A stretch of 64,000 bases of DNA from assembly GCA_030680695.1 (NCBI GenBank), contig JAUXUT010000149.1, positions 39,801 through 103,800 on the forward strand. The letters run 5' to 3'. Positions 17,834 to 27,854 of this stretch are shown in pieces. Position numbers and translations under genes: made by a program. Position 1 is the stretch's first letter. Every line of letters starts with the position of its first letter. Source of the stretch: a bacterium (GTDB lineage Bacteria > Patescibacteriota > Minisyncoccia > Phycocordibacterales > UBA6065). The notes below the pieces were generated by a model that did no database searches, had not been told where the DNA came from, and saw only the letters and a program-made list of their open reading frames with translations.

Positions 17834-19774
17834 ATGTCACCAAACAATTCCAGACACCCACGCACCCCACGACAGAAGAAAGGTTCAACCCCGCCGCTTT
17901 CACCCCTTACAAATATGAGGCGTTTCTTCGGGTCGTTTGGGACGGGCATTATAGTTTTTGTAGCGATCATTGCCTTGTATTCGCTCGTCGCGGATACAGG
18001 TGTGCAGAAACCGACGGTTTCTTTGTCAGAACTCGCAGGTGATGTAGCCACGGGAAATATTTCTTCTATCAGTGTTGATGGTGATTCTCTTACCGCGACT
18101 TATACAGACGGAGTGGAAAAGATTTCCAAGAAGGAAAGGGACTCATCTTTGACCGAGACACTGACAAATTATGGTGTGACACCGGCGCAAATTGCCGCGG
18201 TGTCGATTGATATATCTGATCCGTCTGGATTCGCATATTGGTTTGCGAGCCTTGCGCCGTTTCTCATACCGCTCGTATTTATACTCGTGCTTGTTTGGTT
18301 CTTGTCGCGCCAAATGCGCGGGGCAGGTGTTCAGGCCATGTCATTCGGCCAGTCTAAGGCTCGCATCATATTTCCTGACGACAAGAAACAGCGCGTGACA
18401 TTCAAAGACGTCGCAGGCGCCAAAGAAGCAAAACAGGAATTGTCGGAAATCGTGGACTTCCTCAAGAATCCAAAGAAGTTCCTCGATGTCGGTGCAGTGA
18501 TTCCTAAAGGCATTCTTCTTATGGGTGCGCCTGGAACAGGCAAGACGTTGCTTGCCCGTGCGGTTGCGGGCGAGGCTGGTGTGGCGTTCTTCTCGATATC
18601 GGGATCGGAGTTCGTTGAGATGTTCGTTGGTGTCGGGGCTTCGCGCGTGCGCGATTTGTTTAAGATGGCCAAGGCCGCGGCTCCGGCCATCATATTCGTG
18701 GATGAAATAGACGCCGTGGGCCGGAGCCGCGGCGTGGGAACAGGTGGCGGTAACGATGAACGTGAACAAACGTTGAACCAGATTCTCGTCGAGATGGACG
18801 GATTCGAGCCAAACGAGAAAGTTATAGTCATGGCTGCTACCAACAGGCCAGACGTACTCGATCCAGCTCTTTTGCGACCAGGACGATTCGACCGACGCGT
18901 CACCATCGACGTGCCAGACAGAAACGATCGCGAGGAAATATTGAAAATCCATTCTAAAAAGAAACCTTTCGCCGAGGATGTTAACTTGCGCGTCGTTGCG
19001 GAACGAACCCCTGGATTCTCGGGTGCTGATTTGTACTCTCTTATGAATGAGGCTGCGATATTGGCCGCGCGCGAGGATCGTACACAGGTGTCGCAGTACG
19101 ACCTAATCCGCGCTATCGAGAAAGTTATGCTTGGTCCAGAACGCCAGAGCCATCTTCTCTCGAAAAAGGAAAAGGAAATCACTGCATACCACGAGGCTGG
19201 CCATGCTGTCGTTTCGTCGGTCCTTGAATACGCTGACCCAGTGCACAAGATTTCGATTATATCGCGCGGACGCGCCGCTGGTTATGTTCTTCATTTGCCA
19301 CTCGAAGATAAAAAGCTCCAGTCCAAGAAGGAATTCCTAGACGATATTGCAGTGTCGCTTGGCGGTTACGTCACTGAACGGCTTATGTTTGACGATCTTA
19401 CCACCGGCCCATCGAACGACCTGCAGGTTTCGACGGCTCTTGCTCGCGACATGGTCACAAAATACGGTATGTCAGAAGTTATGGGCCCAATAGCCCTGGA
19501 AGGTGCTGGTGGTAGGACTCTTTTCGGCCGCGGAGTCGAAGAAGGCGAGTATTCAGAACGCGTGGCAGCCGAAATCGACGCTGAAGTGAAGTCAATCATG
19601 ACAACAGCCATGGAACGTGCAAGAAAGACGATTACCGAGCACAGGAAGGCCCTTGATGCCATCGCCGCGCGCCTTATGGAAGCAGAAACCATCGAAAGGG
19701 AGGAGTTCGAGAAGCTTTTGGTGGCTCATGGCATCATCCCTAAGAAGAAAAAGGATATAGAGCATCAGCCATAG
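17834..19774 (+). CDS. ftsH: ATP-dependent zinc metalloprotease FtsH
   Basis: Two TMs; [33 protein letters not shown]. Confidence 0.99.
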   Translation: MSPNNSRHPRTPRQKKGSTPPLSPLTNMRRFFGSFGTGIIVFVAIIALYSLVADTGVQKPTVSLSELAGDVATGNISSISVDGDSLTATYTDGVEKISKKERDSSLTETLTNYGVTPAQIAAVSIDISDPSGFAYWFASLAPFLIPLVFILVLVWFLSRQMRGAGVQAMSFGQSKARIIFPDDKKQRVTFKDVAGAKEAKQELSEIVDFLKNPKKFLDVGAVIPKGILLMGAPGTGKTLLARAVAGEAGVAFFSISGSEFVEMFVGVGASRVRDLFKMAKAAAPAIIFVDEIDAVGRSRGVGTGGGNDEREQTLNQILVEMDGFEPNEKVIVMAATNRPDVLDPALLRPGRFDRRVTIDVPDRNDREEILKIHSKKKPFAEDVNLRVVAERTPGFSGADLYSLMNEAAILAAREDRTQVSQYDLIRAIEKVMLGPERQSHLLSKKEKEITAYHEAGHAVVSSVLEYADPVHKISIISRGRAAGYVLHLPLEDKKLQSKKEFLDDIAVSLGGYVTERLMFDDLTTGPSNDLQVSTALARDMVTKYGMSEVMGPIALEGAGGRTLFGRGVEEGEYSERVAAEIDAEVKSIMTTAMERARKTITEHRKALDAIAARLMEAETIEREEFEKLLVAHGIIPKKKKDIEHQP

Positions 19775-19853
19775 GTGAAACTTTTTGCCCCACTATCACG
19801 TATAATCATAGTGCGGCAGTCATGAGGCCGTGCTAACTAAAATTGAACATCAG

Positions 19854-20129
19854 ATGAAACAGTCAGTTTGGGCGAGTCTCGCCCTGGTTGCGGGGTTCGC
19901 TCTTATATCCGGTGCACAGTATGCGGAGGCACAGACGGTCAATACACGAATGGAGCTTCGAGTTCAAGCCAAAGAAATGGGGATTTATGCCTCGACCACA
20001 GGGCTCGAGCGATCCACCACTACTGCTTTGATTGCTCAACGAGTGGCCGAGAGGCCCACAATGGTTAAGCGGTTCGGACTTTTCCTGCGCGAATTCTTCG
20101 GATTCAAGACAGACGCGAGGATAGAATAG
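19854..20129 (+). CDS. Hypothetical secreted protein
   Basis: Signal peptide ending AEA; followed by a hairpin terminator near 20158-20186. Confidence 0.6.
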   Translation: MKQSVWASLALVAGFALISGAQYAEAQTVNTRMELRVQAKEMGIYASTTGLERSTTTALIAQRVAERPTMVKRFGLFLREFFGFKTDARIE

Positions 20130-20245
20130 GCCATACAATTGAATATCGTTACACAAGGTCCCTGTGCTCTGGCACGGGGACTTTTTATATTTATTTTATC
20201 TGCTGACCGTTGATATCGGTTGCCACCCGACCTAGCATATGGAAC

Positions 20246-20911
20246 ATGAAGCGTCTCACACTAGAAAAAGAAAAAGCCTTGGCCATGCGACGGACAGGCA
20301 TGAGCTATTCCCAGATACGCGCAGAGCTTCGTGTGAGCAAGAGCACGTTGAGCAAGTGGCTTTCCACGCACCCTTTATCACCTGAACGTATACGGGAGTT
20401 ACGCGCCAACAGCGAACAGAGGATAGAGCGATGTCGGAACGCAAAGGCTTTTAAACGAGCACAGAGGCATGAAGACGCGTATGCGGAAGCGAAAGCCGTG
20501 ATAGGTAATCTGTCGGAAAGAGAAATGCATATTGCAGGGTTGTTCTTGTATTGGGGAGAGGGCACAAAGGCATGGCGCGACAGTATTGCTTGCACCAATA
20601 CGGATCCGGCAATGATGAGATTTTTCCTTTTGTGGACTGATTTACTGGGTATACCTCGTTCAAAGCTGAAAGTTAAACTTCATTTATACGCAGATATGGA
20701 TATATCCAAGGAAACACTTTTTTGGTCCAGGGAGCTGAATATACCTCACCTAAGCTTTCGGAAGCCCTATATCAAGAAATCTTTGTTTTCCGGCTTGTCT
20801 TACAGAAATTCCTTTGGCCATGGTACGTGCTCTATTTCATATGGAAACGCACGTATGTATGAGAGGATTATGATGTCTTTGCGATACCTTCGTGAAGTTG
20901 CTTCGCGTTAA
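20246..20911 (+). CDS. HTH plus LAGLIDADG-like domain protein
   Basis: GMSYSQIRAELRVSKSTLSKWL HTH; GLFLYWGEGTK, CTNTDPAMMRFF, FWS, GHGTC. Confidence 0.75.
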   Translation: MKRLTLEKEKALAMRRTGMSYSQIRAELRVSKSTLSKWLSTHPLSPERIRELRANSEQRIERCRNAKAFKRAQRHEDAYAEAKAVIGNLSEREMHIAGLFLYWGEGTKAWRDSIACTNTDPAMMRFFLLWTDLLGIPRSKLKVKLHLYADMDISKETLFWSRELNIPHLSFRKPYIKKSLFSGLSYRNSFGHGTCSISYGNARMYERIMMSLRYLREVASR

Positions 20912-20935
20912 GTGTTGGCATAGTATTGAGCGCAT

Positions 20936-21008
20936 GCGCCCTTAGCTCAGTTGGTAGAGCGATCGACTTATACTCGATTGGTCGGGGGTTCGAGTCCCTC
21001 AGGGCGCA
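20936..21008 (+). tRNA. tRNA-Ile(TAT)
   Basis: Canonical cloverleaf; anticodon arm ATCGA-CTTATAC-TCGAT; acceptor GCGCCCT/AGGGCGC-A. Confidence 0.93.
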
Positions 21009-21023
21009 CACGTTTCAGACCCA

Positions 21024-23240
21024 CTATTCAAAATGAATCCCTTGGCGTTCTCGGCGCTCGATTTCAGCTTTCATGAGAGGGAAGCTTGCCAATGATTCAT
21101 CGCCTTCAATGAGTGCGATTGCCTCTTTGCGCGCGGCTTCAACCATCTTTACGTTCTGAATGGCGTCCATACCAACGTCCGACACACCCCATTGTTTGCC
21201 GCCGTACAACTGACCCATGCCACGTTGTTTGAGGTCGAACTCGGCGAGCTCGAATCCGTTCTTTGCTGTGATAAGGGCCTTTAATCGTCCAACAGTTTTG
21301 TCGCCCTGGCTTTCAGCAAACAGGAAGCAGTATGCCTGGTGATTTGAACGAACGACGCGACCGCGTAATTGATGGAGCTGTGAAAGTCCGAATCGTTCTG
21401 CTCCTTCGATGAGTATTACTGTTGCGTTCGGTACGTTCACACCGACTTCGACGACAGATGTCGCCACAAGCACGTCGATCTTGCCGTTCTTGAATTCCTG
21501 CATGACGCGCTCCTTTTCGGAATCTTTCATCTTGCCGTGGAGAGGCGCAACGGAATATTCTTTGAATATCGATGACGCGAGGCGTTTGGCTTCTTCGATG
21601 ACGGATTTCGCTTGCACGGCCATTTCATTCGCTGGATCTGGCTCGTCTATGCGTGGGCAGATTACGTATGCCTGGCGGCCTTGGGCGAGCTCACGGCGCA
21701 TTTCTTCATACATGCCGTCGCGTTCGGTGTCAGACGATGCCGCCTCGGTGATAATGGTTTTCCTGCCCGCGGGCATCTCGTCTAGAAGTGATATGTCTAG
21801 GTCGCCATATATTGTGAGAGCCAATGTGCGCGGAATCGGTGTTGCTGTCATGGAAAGCAGATGCGGTGTCGTCCCGGGGACATTATTTCGTTCGACGAGC
21901 TTCTGCCTCTGCGAGGTACCGAATCGATGTTGTTCGTCCACGATTGCGTACGCAAGGTTTTTGAATTTCACAGATTTCTGGATAAGGGCGTGCGTGCCAA
22001 TGACGGCGGATATTTCTCCAGACGCCACCCATTTCAATAGTTGTGCGCGAGATATGTCAGTCCAATCCTGACGGACACCGTTTCTGAATGTCGGCACTTT
22101 GGCGGGGAACTTGCGACATCCCGATCCCGTGATGAGGGCGATGCTTACAGGCATGTGGCGGAAGTATTGAATGAATGATTCGAAATGCTGTGTCGCAAGG
22201 ATTTCCGTCGGGGCCATGTATGCGACTTGGAGCGTGCCGAAGTCTTGTCCGCGCGGCCGCGTCGATATGGCGGCATATGCGGTCGTGGCCGCCACGGCGG
22301 TCTTGCCAGATCCAACGTCGCCTTCAAGGAGTCTCGCCATGGCATGGCCTTTACGGAAGTCCGCGAGGATGTCGTCAATCGAGCCTTTTTGGGCTGCGGT
22401 GAGAGGAAAAGGGAATCGCGATATGAATCCGTTCAGAGATTCCTTTGGCGGATCGATGACGAAAGCGGGATCTTTCTGCCAGGCACGGCGCTCGCGCTGT
22501 CGTTCCAGTTGTATGAAGAACACTTCTTCAAATGCGAAACGCTTTCTCGCTGCCATTGCATCGGATTCTTTTATCGGAGCATGTATCCACACAAGGGCCG
22601 AGGCGAGAGTTGGCAAATGATACCGATCGAGCGTGTCTTTCGGTAAAGGGTCACGCATTGTATCTATGATTCCGCTCGCGAGAGCTTTCTTCACGGCGTG
22701 ATATATCCAATTAGAAGTGACGCCGCGCGATTCAGGATACACAGGATAAAGCGTGTGTGCCGGCCCGTCTGCACCGAACAGGGAATCACCGACGCCGTCA
22801 GGAATACGTTCAACCTTTTCAACTTGTGGGTTTGAAAGGTACAGTTCACCAGTTTTTTTACGAGCAGACACCTTGCCTTCGATGCGCACAGTGGTGCCAT
22901 CGGCAATCATTTTGGCGAGATACGGTTGGTTGAACCAGACTGCTTTGATCGAACCTGATCCGTCAGATATGACTCCCTCGCCCATAGGGATTTTGGTGCG
23001 GAAACCCTTTGACGTTTTAAGCTTGCCGATTAATCCGAAGACAACCGCCGTGTCGCCTTGGCGCAGGCTTGCAATCGAATGTGCTGTGGCTGTGTCACCG
23101 TACCGTGTCGGGAAGTGATACAACAGGTCCTCGATGGTCGAGATACCGAGGCGCTTCAAGGCGGCCTTCTGCGGAGCCTGAAGGCGGAAATGCTCTTCGA
23201 CTAGCGAATATGGGTTCATGGGTTCTTTGGCGGCATCCAT
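21024..23240 (-). CDS. recG: ATP-dependent DNA helicase RecG
   Basis: RLLEGDVGSGKT, DEQHRFG, MTATPIPRTL, ERFGLSQLHQLRGRV. Confidence 0.98.
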   Translation of the reverse strand: MDAAKEPMNPYSLVEEHFRLQAPQKAALKRLGISTIEDLLYHFPTRYGDTATAHSIASLRQGDTAVVFGLIGKLKTSKGFRTKIPMGEGVISDGSGSIKAVWFNQPYLAKMIADGTTVRIEGKVSARKKTGELYLSNPQVEKVERIPDGVGDSLFGADGPAHTLYPVYPESRGVTSNWIYHAVKKALASGIIDTMRDPLPKDTLDRYHLPTLASALVWIHAPIKESDAMAARKRFAFEEVFFIQLERQRERRAWQKDPAFVIDPPKESLNGFISRFPFPLTAAQKGSIDDILADFRKGHAMARLLEGDVGSGKTAVAATTAYAAISTRPRGQDFGTLQVAYMAPTEILATQHFESFIQYFRHMPVSIALITGSGCRKFPAKVPTFRNGVRQDWTDISRAQLLKWVASGEISAVIGTHALIQKSVKFKNLAYAIVDEQHRFGTSQRQKLVERNNVPGTTPHLLSMTATPIPRTLALTIYGDLDISLLDEMPAGRKTIITEAASSDTERDGMYEEMRRELAQGRQAYVICPRIDEPDPANEMAVQAKSVIEEAKRLASSIFKEYSVAPLHGKMKDSEKERVMQEFKNGKIDVLVATSVVEVGVNVPNATVILIEGAERFGLSQLHQLRGRVVRSNHQAYCFLFAESQGDKTVGRLKALITAKNGFELAEFDLKQRGMGQLYGGKQWGVSDVGMDAIQNVKMVEAARKEAIALIEGDESLASFPLMKAEIERRERQGIHFE

Positions 23241-23346
23241 AGGGCGTATTGTACCTCAATCATTGAGCCCCACATGTTAAACAAAAAAGAAACGCCCAAT
23301 CATGGACGTTTCTTTTTCTTTCAATGTTCCAATCAGGACAAACAGA

Positions 23347-23619
23347 CTACTTGAGGATGTCTGCAGGGTAGTACGTACCGCCATTTCCAGAAGTCGAGGT
23401 CGCAGAAGGGCACGCAGCGAACTGGCAGTTCGGAGCGACGCGGCCGACATACGATCCGTCCGGACACATTTTCGCATCCATGGTGCAAACCACCTGGTCT
23501 GACGAGTTTGCGTTTTCGTTATCGACATTGTCAGTATCGCGCATGAAATATGCAGATACAGCGATGATAATAACGAGAATTCCGATTATCCAGAGTGCTG
23601 ACTTGGTTGCTGGGGTCAT
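23347..23619 (-). CDS. Small membrane-anchored protein with CTMDAKxCPDGSYVGR Cys motif
   Basis: N-terminal TM; CTMDAKMCPDGSYVGRVAPNCQFAACP. Confidence 0.8.
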   Translation of the reverse strand: MTPATKSALWIIGILVIIIAVSAYFMRDTDNVDNENANSSDQVVCTMDAKMCPDGSYVGRVAPNCQFAACPSATSTSGNGGTYYPADILK

Positions 23620-23806
23620 AATATTGGGTTAATTACTGCTAGGTTGCTGCTGACTATTATTACGCTACAGTGAACCAATTTCTTTTGCAAGCGATGTGGC
23701 CATTGTATTTGACGCATGTCAGCACCTTACTTTTCAAAAAGAACCCAGACAGCGCACATGCCTAGGTTTTTCAAGCGTCTGCCGATATGATATTGTCTGT
23801 CTTACT

Positions 23807-23895
23807 GGAGACGTGTCAGAGTGGTCTAACGTGCCTCTTTGCTAAAGAGGTGTACCCCTTAAAAGGTACCGAGGGTTCGAATCCCTCCGTCTCCG
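23807..23895 (+). tRNA. tRNA-Ser(GCT)
   Basis: GGAGACG/CGTCTCC-G; anticodon arm CCTCT-TTGCTAA-AGAGG; long variable arm. Confidence 0.96.
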
Positions 23896-24003
23896 CTACA
23901 AAAACTTTCTTTCGGAGTGACCCGAGTACCCCGGATTTCGGCTGAAAATAACGCTCGTATAGAACGTTCGAATCCCAGATAGGTGAGGGGACTAGATACA
24001 GGG
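23893..24003 (+). repeat. att-like site A (tRNA 3' end plus right arm)
   Basis: First 37 bp identical to 24857-24893; also shares AGAACGTTCGAATCCCAG and ACTAGATACAGGG. Confidence 0.88.
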
Positions 24004-24185
24004 ACGGATAGGGTGTAAATGACCCGGAAACGTATACTTGACTTATACGAGTATTGGGTGTATAATATATAAGTAAAAGTACTTTGAGAGACCGCGGTGT
24101 TTCGGTTGAGTTTGGAAGGAAATAAGCGATTGACTTGCTGGCACAAAGCCACGCGGATCGTAGGTTTCCTCACTAAACTCAACTC

Positions 24186-24680
24186 ATGAACACCATCACT
24201 CAAATCCCTGCTTGGGAAATCATCCGTCTTATCGCGAGAGCTCGTGCGAACTTCGTTCAGACTGTATGGAAAGAACTCAAACGCCAATCTGGCAAGCAAC
24301 CGTCTGAGAACGAAGAAAGCTATATTCGACAGGCTGCGGAAAACTTCGTCGGGCGCACTAGCGTCACGGGCGAGGCGATTGAAGCGGGCGAATACAGCCG
24401 GTCGTGCTCGATCGTTTTTCTGGGGGAGGCCCATAAGCAACTTGCCTACTTCGTGCCCTCCAAACTTCTGCTGCGCGATGTCGTCATTAACGATCAGGAA
24501 AAGGGTAATCTTCACGAGGGTTACTTGGTCACCGTGACCGTGCCCGAAGGCACGGACATCATCGAGTTCGATGGACGGAATGAGCCGCTCTGCCTGAAAG
24601 GAACGGTGTCGGCCGTGTTCGGGACATGCCTCCATGGCGAAGACGGATTCATTGTCTCGAGCTTCAAGCATACGACCTAA
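24186..24680 (+). CDS. Hypothetical protein (sole gene of module 1)
   Basis: 164-aa ORF with upstream TATAAT (24061) and downstream hairpin AACCCGC-ATTCGT-GCGGGTT. Confidence 0.65.
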   Translation: MNTITQIPAWEIIRLIARARANFVQTVWKELKRQSGKQPSENEESYIRQAAENFVGRTSVTGEAIEAGEYSRSCSIVFLGEAHKQLAYFVPSKLLLRDVVINDQEKGNLHEGYLVTVTVPEGTDIIEFDGRNEPLCLKGTVSAVFGTCLHGEDGFIVSSFKHTT

Positions 24681-24777
24681 TAGCGGTATCCCGCTCCAGT
24701 TCCTTGAGAGTCTGGCCAAACACTCTCTGCAACCCGCATTCGTGCGGGTTTTGTTTTGTCTGGAAAGAAAAACTACG

Positions 24778-24966
24778 TGGGATTCGAACGAAATTTTTAA
24801 AGGGAAGGGGTCATATTTTAAGCCACGCAATTCGCGCCGTTCGAATCGCTTTTAACCCGCTACAAAAACTTTCTTTCGGAGTGACCCGAGTACTTCGATT
24901 TTCAGCTTGTTTATTAGTTAGAAAAGAACGTTCGAATCCCAGGTGGGTAGGGAACTAGATACAGGG
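24778..24966 (+). repeat. att-like site B (left arm, core, right arm)
   Basis: Left arm matches 33558-33639; right arm matches 23893-24003. Confidence 0.88.
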
Positions 24967-25226
24967 TAGCTTTTGGTGATTTAGCAAATCTTTCAATTAT
25001 TGTGAAAACAATTCTCGTTGACGCAGTCGATTGTTTTTCTCAGACCTAGGAGAAAATCCACATTGTTATTGTCAACGAAAGTGGTGAGGGATACATAGCA
25101 TGACGCCAAGAAAAATATGCACTCTAAAATGATCTCCTTAGTTCTACTCTCCGGCTCAGAGAGAAGAGACTTGTATCAATAGATGACTCCGAAGTGCGTG
25201 GGAAGTCCAGAGCGGGGTGTTGGCAA

Positions 25227-26357
25227 CTAATCTTTAATGATCCTACTTAAAAAAGGATTAATATTAGTCGCAATGTCATCTGGTATCGTACCGCATTCTC
25301 TTGCAATATTCATAATAGAATTCTGGTCTCTCGCATCACTGCTAATGACTGTAACAGGGCTACCGAGTTTTACATCCTTGATTTCCGTCACATCAATTAT
25401 TGTCGTATTCATACTTACCAAACCGATTATTTTCGCAAAGTTATTGCCAATTTTTACCACGCCTTTATTTGATAGTCGTCTATCAACTCCCGTATCGTAG
25501 CCAACAGGTATTATGGCAATCTTTTTAGCTGAATCTGAAATATATGTCCCGCTGTAACCAACTTTTGAGTTTGGTTCAATATTTTTTAATCCTGATATAA
25601 CCGTTGTCAATTCCAGCACAGGCTTCAAATGAACTAACGAGTCAACTTTTCCATTGCCAGCAAAACCATATAGACCCATTCCAGGGCGAGTCACATTCGC
25701 ACTGATCTTTTCGTTATAGCCATGGCCAGCTGAATTACTTACATGAAAGTATCGGATGTTAGTAAAATTGGTTTTGAAAATATCGACAGCAGAATTCCAT
25801 GCTTCAATTTGGATATTTGTATAAGTCGAATCTGTATTACCTGCATCAGAAAAATGAGAATAAAGTCCTTCTAGTTTAAGAGTCGGTGATTTTTTTATGA
25901 GCTCAATCGATTGAGAGATTTGAGACAGAGAGATTCCTTGCCTATTCATTCCCGTATCAATTTTTATATGCACATTAGTTTTTTTACTTATTCTGCTTTG
26001 CCATTCGTAAAGCATGTCTAGACTCGTAACAGCGAATGATATATTTTTTTGGGTCGATTTGTTTACGGTTTCAGCTTGAATGTATCCAATTACGAGAATT
26101 GGGTTCGTTATTTTGTTCTGCCTGAGAGCTATGGCCTCCTCGTACGAATCAATAATAAAAAAAGGAATTTTTTCTTTACTTAATAATTTTGCAATATCGA
26201 TTAATCCATGGCCGTAGGCGTTGCTTTTTAATACTGGAGCTATGGCAGGTGAAAGTTTTTGAAATTCTTGGAAATTGTGGATAAGAGCCCGTCGAGAAAG
26301 TGATATGAGAGTGTACGGAGTTGATGGAGACTTTAACTTAAATGTGATTTTTATCAT
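25227..26357 (-). CDS. alr: Alanine racemase family PLP racemase with variant active-site entrance
   Basis: VLKSNAYGHG, HIKIDTGMNRQG, YSHF, RPGMGLYG, VGYSGTY; variant GLVSMN and TIPDD. Confidence 0.92.
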   Translation of the reverse strand: MIKITFKLKSPSTPYTLISLSRRALIHNFQEFQKLSPAIAPVLKSNAYGHGLIDIAKLLSKEKIPFFIIDSYEEAIALRQNKITNPILVIGYIQAETVNKSTQKNISFAVTSLDMLYEWQSRISKKTNVHIKIDTGMNRQGISLSQISQSIELIKKSPTLKLEGLYSHFSDAGNTDSTYTNIQIEAWNSAVDIFKTNFTNIRYFHVSNSAGHGYNEKISANVTRPGMGLYGFAGNGKVDSLVHLKPVLELTTVISGLKNIEPNSKVGYSGTYISDSAKKIAIIPVGYDTGVDRRLSNKGVVKIGNNFAKIIGLVSMNTTIIDVTEIKDVKLGSPVTVISSDARDQNSIMNIARECGTIPDDIATNINPFLSRIIKD

Positions 26358-26391
26358 TGAGATATTTTGATATTTATACTATTATACCCTT

Positions 26392-27846
26392 ATGTCAAGT
26401 GAACTAAAAAACAACAAGGTTGAAAAAAAGATTACCGGTAGGAATGAGGATTATTCCCAGTGGTATCTCGATATAGTTGCATCTGCCGATCTCGCAGAAT
26501 GGGGCCCTGTAAAGGGATGTATGGTCATCAAGCCTTATGGATATGCATTATGGGAAAAGACGCAGCAAATCCTCAATGAAAAATTCAAGGAGACTGGGGT
26601 ACAGAATGCATATTTCCCGATTTTTATTCCCGAAAAATTTCTCAATAAAGAGAAAGACCATATCGAGGGTTTTGCACCAGAGGTTGCGGTTGTCACTCAT
26701 GCCGGCGGCAAGAAGCTCGACGAGCCTTTGATTGTGAGGCCGACATCAGAGACTATAATGTACGAAACTTTTTCTCGTTGGATACATTCTTATCGAGATC
26801 TGCCATTGTTGATTAATCAATGGGCAAATGTGGTTAGGTGGGAGATGCGTCCCCGCATATTTTTACGTACGGTTGAATTTCTTTGGCAAGAAGGACATAC
26901 GGTTCACGAAACTGAAAGTGAGGCAGATGGACGGGCACGCCAGATGTTGGAAATTTATAAAGATATTGCCGAAAATATTATGGCCATTCCAGTTATTACT
27001 GGAACAAAATCTGATTCGGAAAAGTTTGCTGGTGCGTTTAAGACTTATTCGCTTGAAGCCATGATGCAAGACGGCAAAGCTTTGCAGTTTGCCACCTCAC
27101 ACAATTTGGGACAAAATTTTGCAAAAGCGTTTGATGTTAAATTTCTCGATAAAAACAACACCGTCCAATATGGATGGCAAACCAGCTGGGGGCTAAGCAC
27201 GCGAACCATAGGCGGTCTTATCATGACTCATAGTGATGATAAAGGATTAGTATTGCCACCAAAAATCGCCTCAATTCAAACGGTTATTACAACCATCGTT
27301 CCTTCCGAAAAAGACAGAGAAATGATAAATCAGAAAGCCCAAGAGCTTAACATACTCTTAAAGAAAGCAGGCGTTAGAACCCATGTTGATAGTCGCGATA
27401 TACGCCCTGGTGAAAAATATTATGAATGGGAAAAAAAAGGTGTTCCGATACGTATAGAGCTTGGGCCAAGAGATGTAGCCAGCGATTCCGCCATGCTTGT
27501 TAGACGCGATACTGGGGAAAAGACAAAGACAACCATGAGTTCTCTGGTCGGGGATATCAATTCTCTGTTAAATAACATACAGCAAAATTTGTACGTGCGA
27601 GCACTAGATTATCGCAAAGCAAAGACAAAAAAAGTTGATTCTTGGGATGAGTTTGTAAAAGCGATTGAGGAAGGCAATTTTGTTTTAGCTCATTGGTCTG
27701 GTGAGAAGAACGTCGAGGCTCAGATAAAAGAAGAAACGGGAGCCACTATTCGATGCATTCCGTTTGATCAGACAAATGAGTCTGGAAAATGTATAAAATC
27801 AGGCATGCCTTCTACGGGTCGGGTGATATTTGCGAAGTCTTATTAA
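26392..27846 (+). CDS. proS: Proline--tRNA ligase (archaeal/eukaryotic type)
   Basis: RPTSET, NQWANVVRWE, EFLWQEGHT, TSHNLGQNF, QTSWGLSTR, FAKSY C-terminus. Confidence 0.97.
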   Translation: MSSELKNNKVEKKITGRNEDYSQWYLDIVASADLAEWGPVKGCMVIKPYGYALWEKTQQILNEKFKETGVQNAYFPIFIPEKFLNKEKDHIEGFAPEVAVVTHAGGKKLDEPLIVRPTSETIMYETFSRWIHSYRDLPLLINQWANVVRWEMRPRIFLRTVEFLWQEGHTVHETESEADGRARQMLEIYKDIAENIMAIPVITGTKSDSEKFAGAFKTYSLEAMMQDGKALQFATSHNLGQNFAKAFDVKFLDKNNTVQYGWQTSWGLSTRTIGGLIMTHSDDKGLVLPPKIASIQTVITTIVPSEKDREMINQKAQELNILLKKAGVRTHVDSRDIRPGEKYYEWEKKGVPIRIELGPRDVASDSAMLVRRDTGEKTKTTMSSLVGDINSLLNNIQQNLYVRALDYRKAKTKKVDSWDEFVKAIEEGNFVLAHWSGEKNVEAQIKEETGATIRCIPFDQTNESGKCIKSGMPSTGRVIFAKSY

Positions 27847-27854
27847 CCCACTTT

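Noticed and set aside
23859-24830. 323-aa minus-strand ORF
   Set aside because: It overlaps the tRNA, the att-like repeats and a better + strand ORF; likely a shadow frame.
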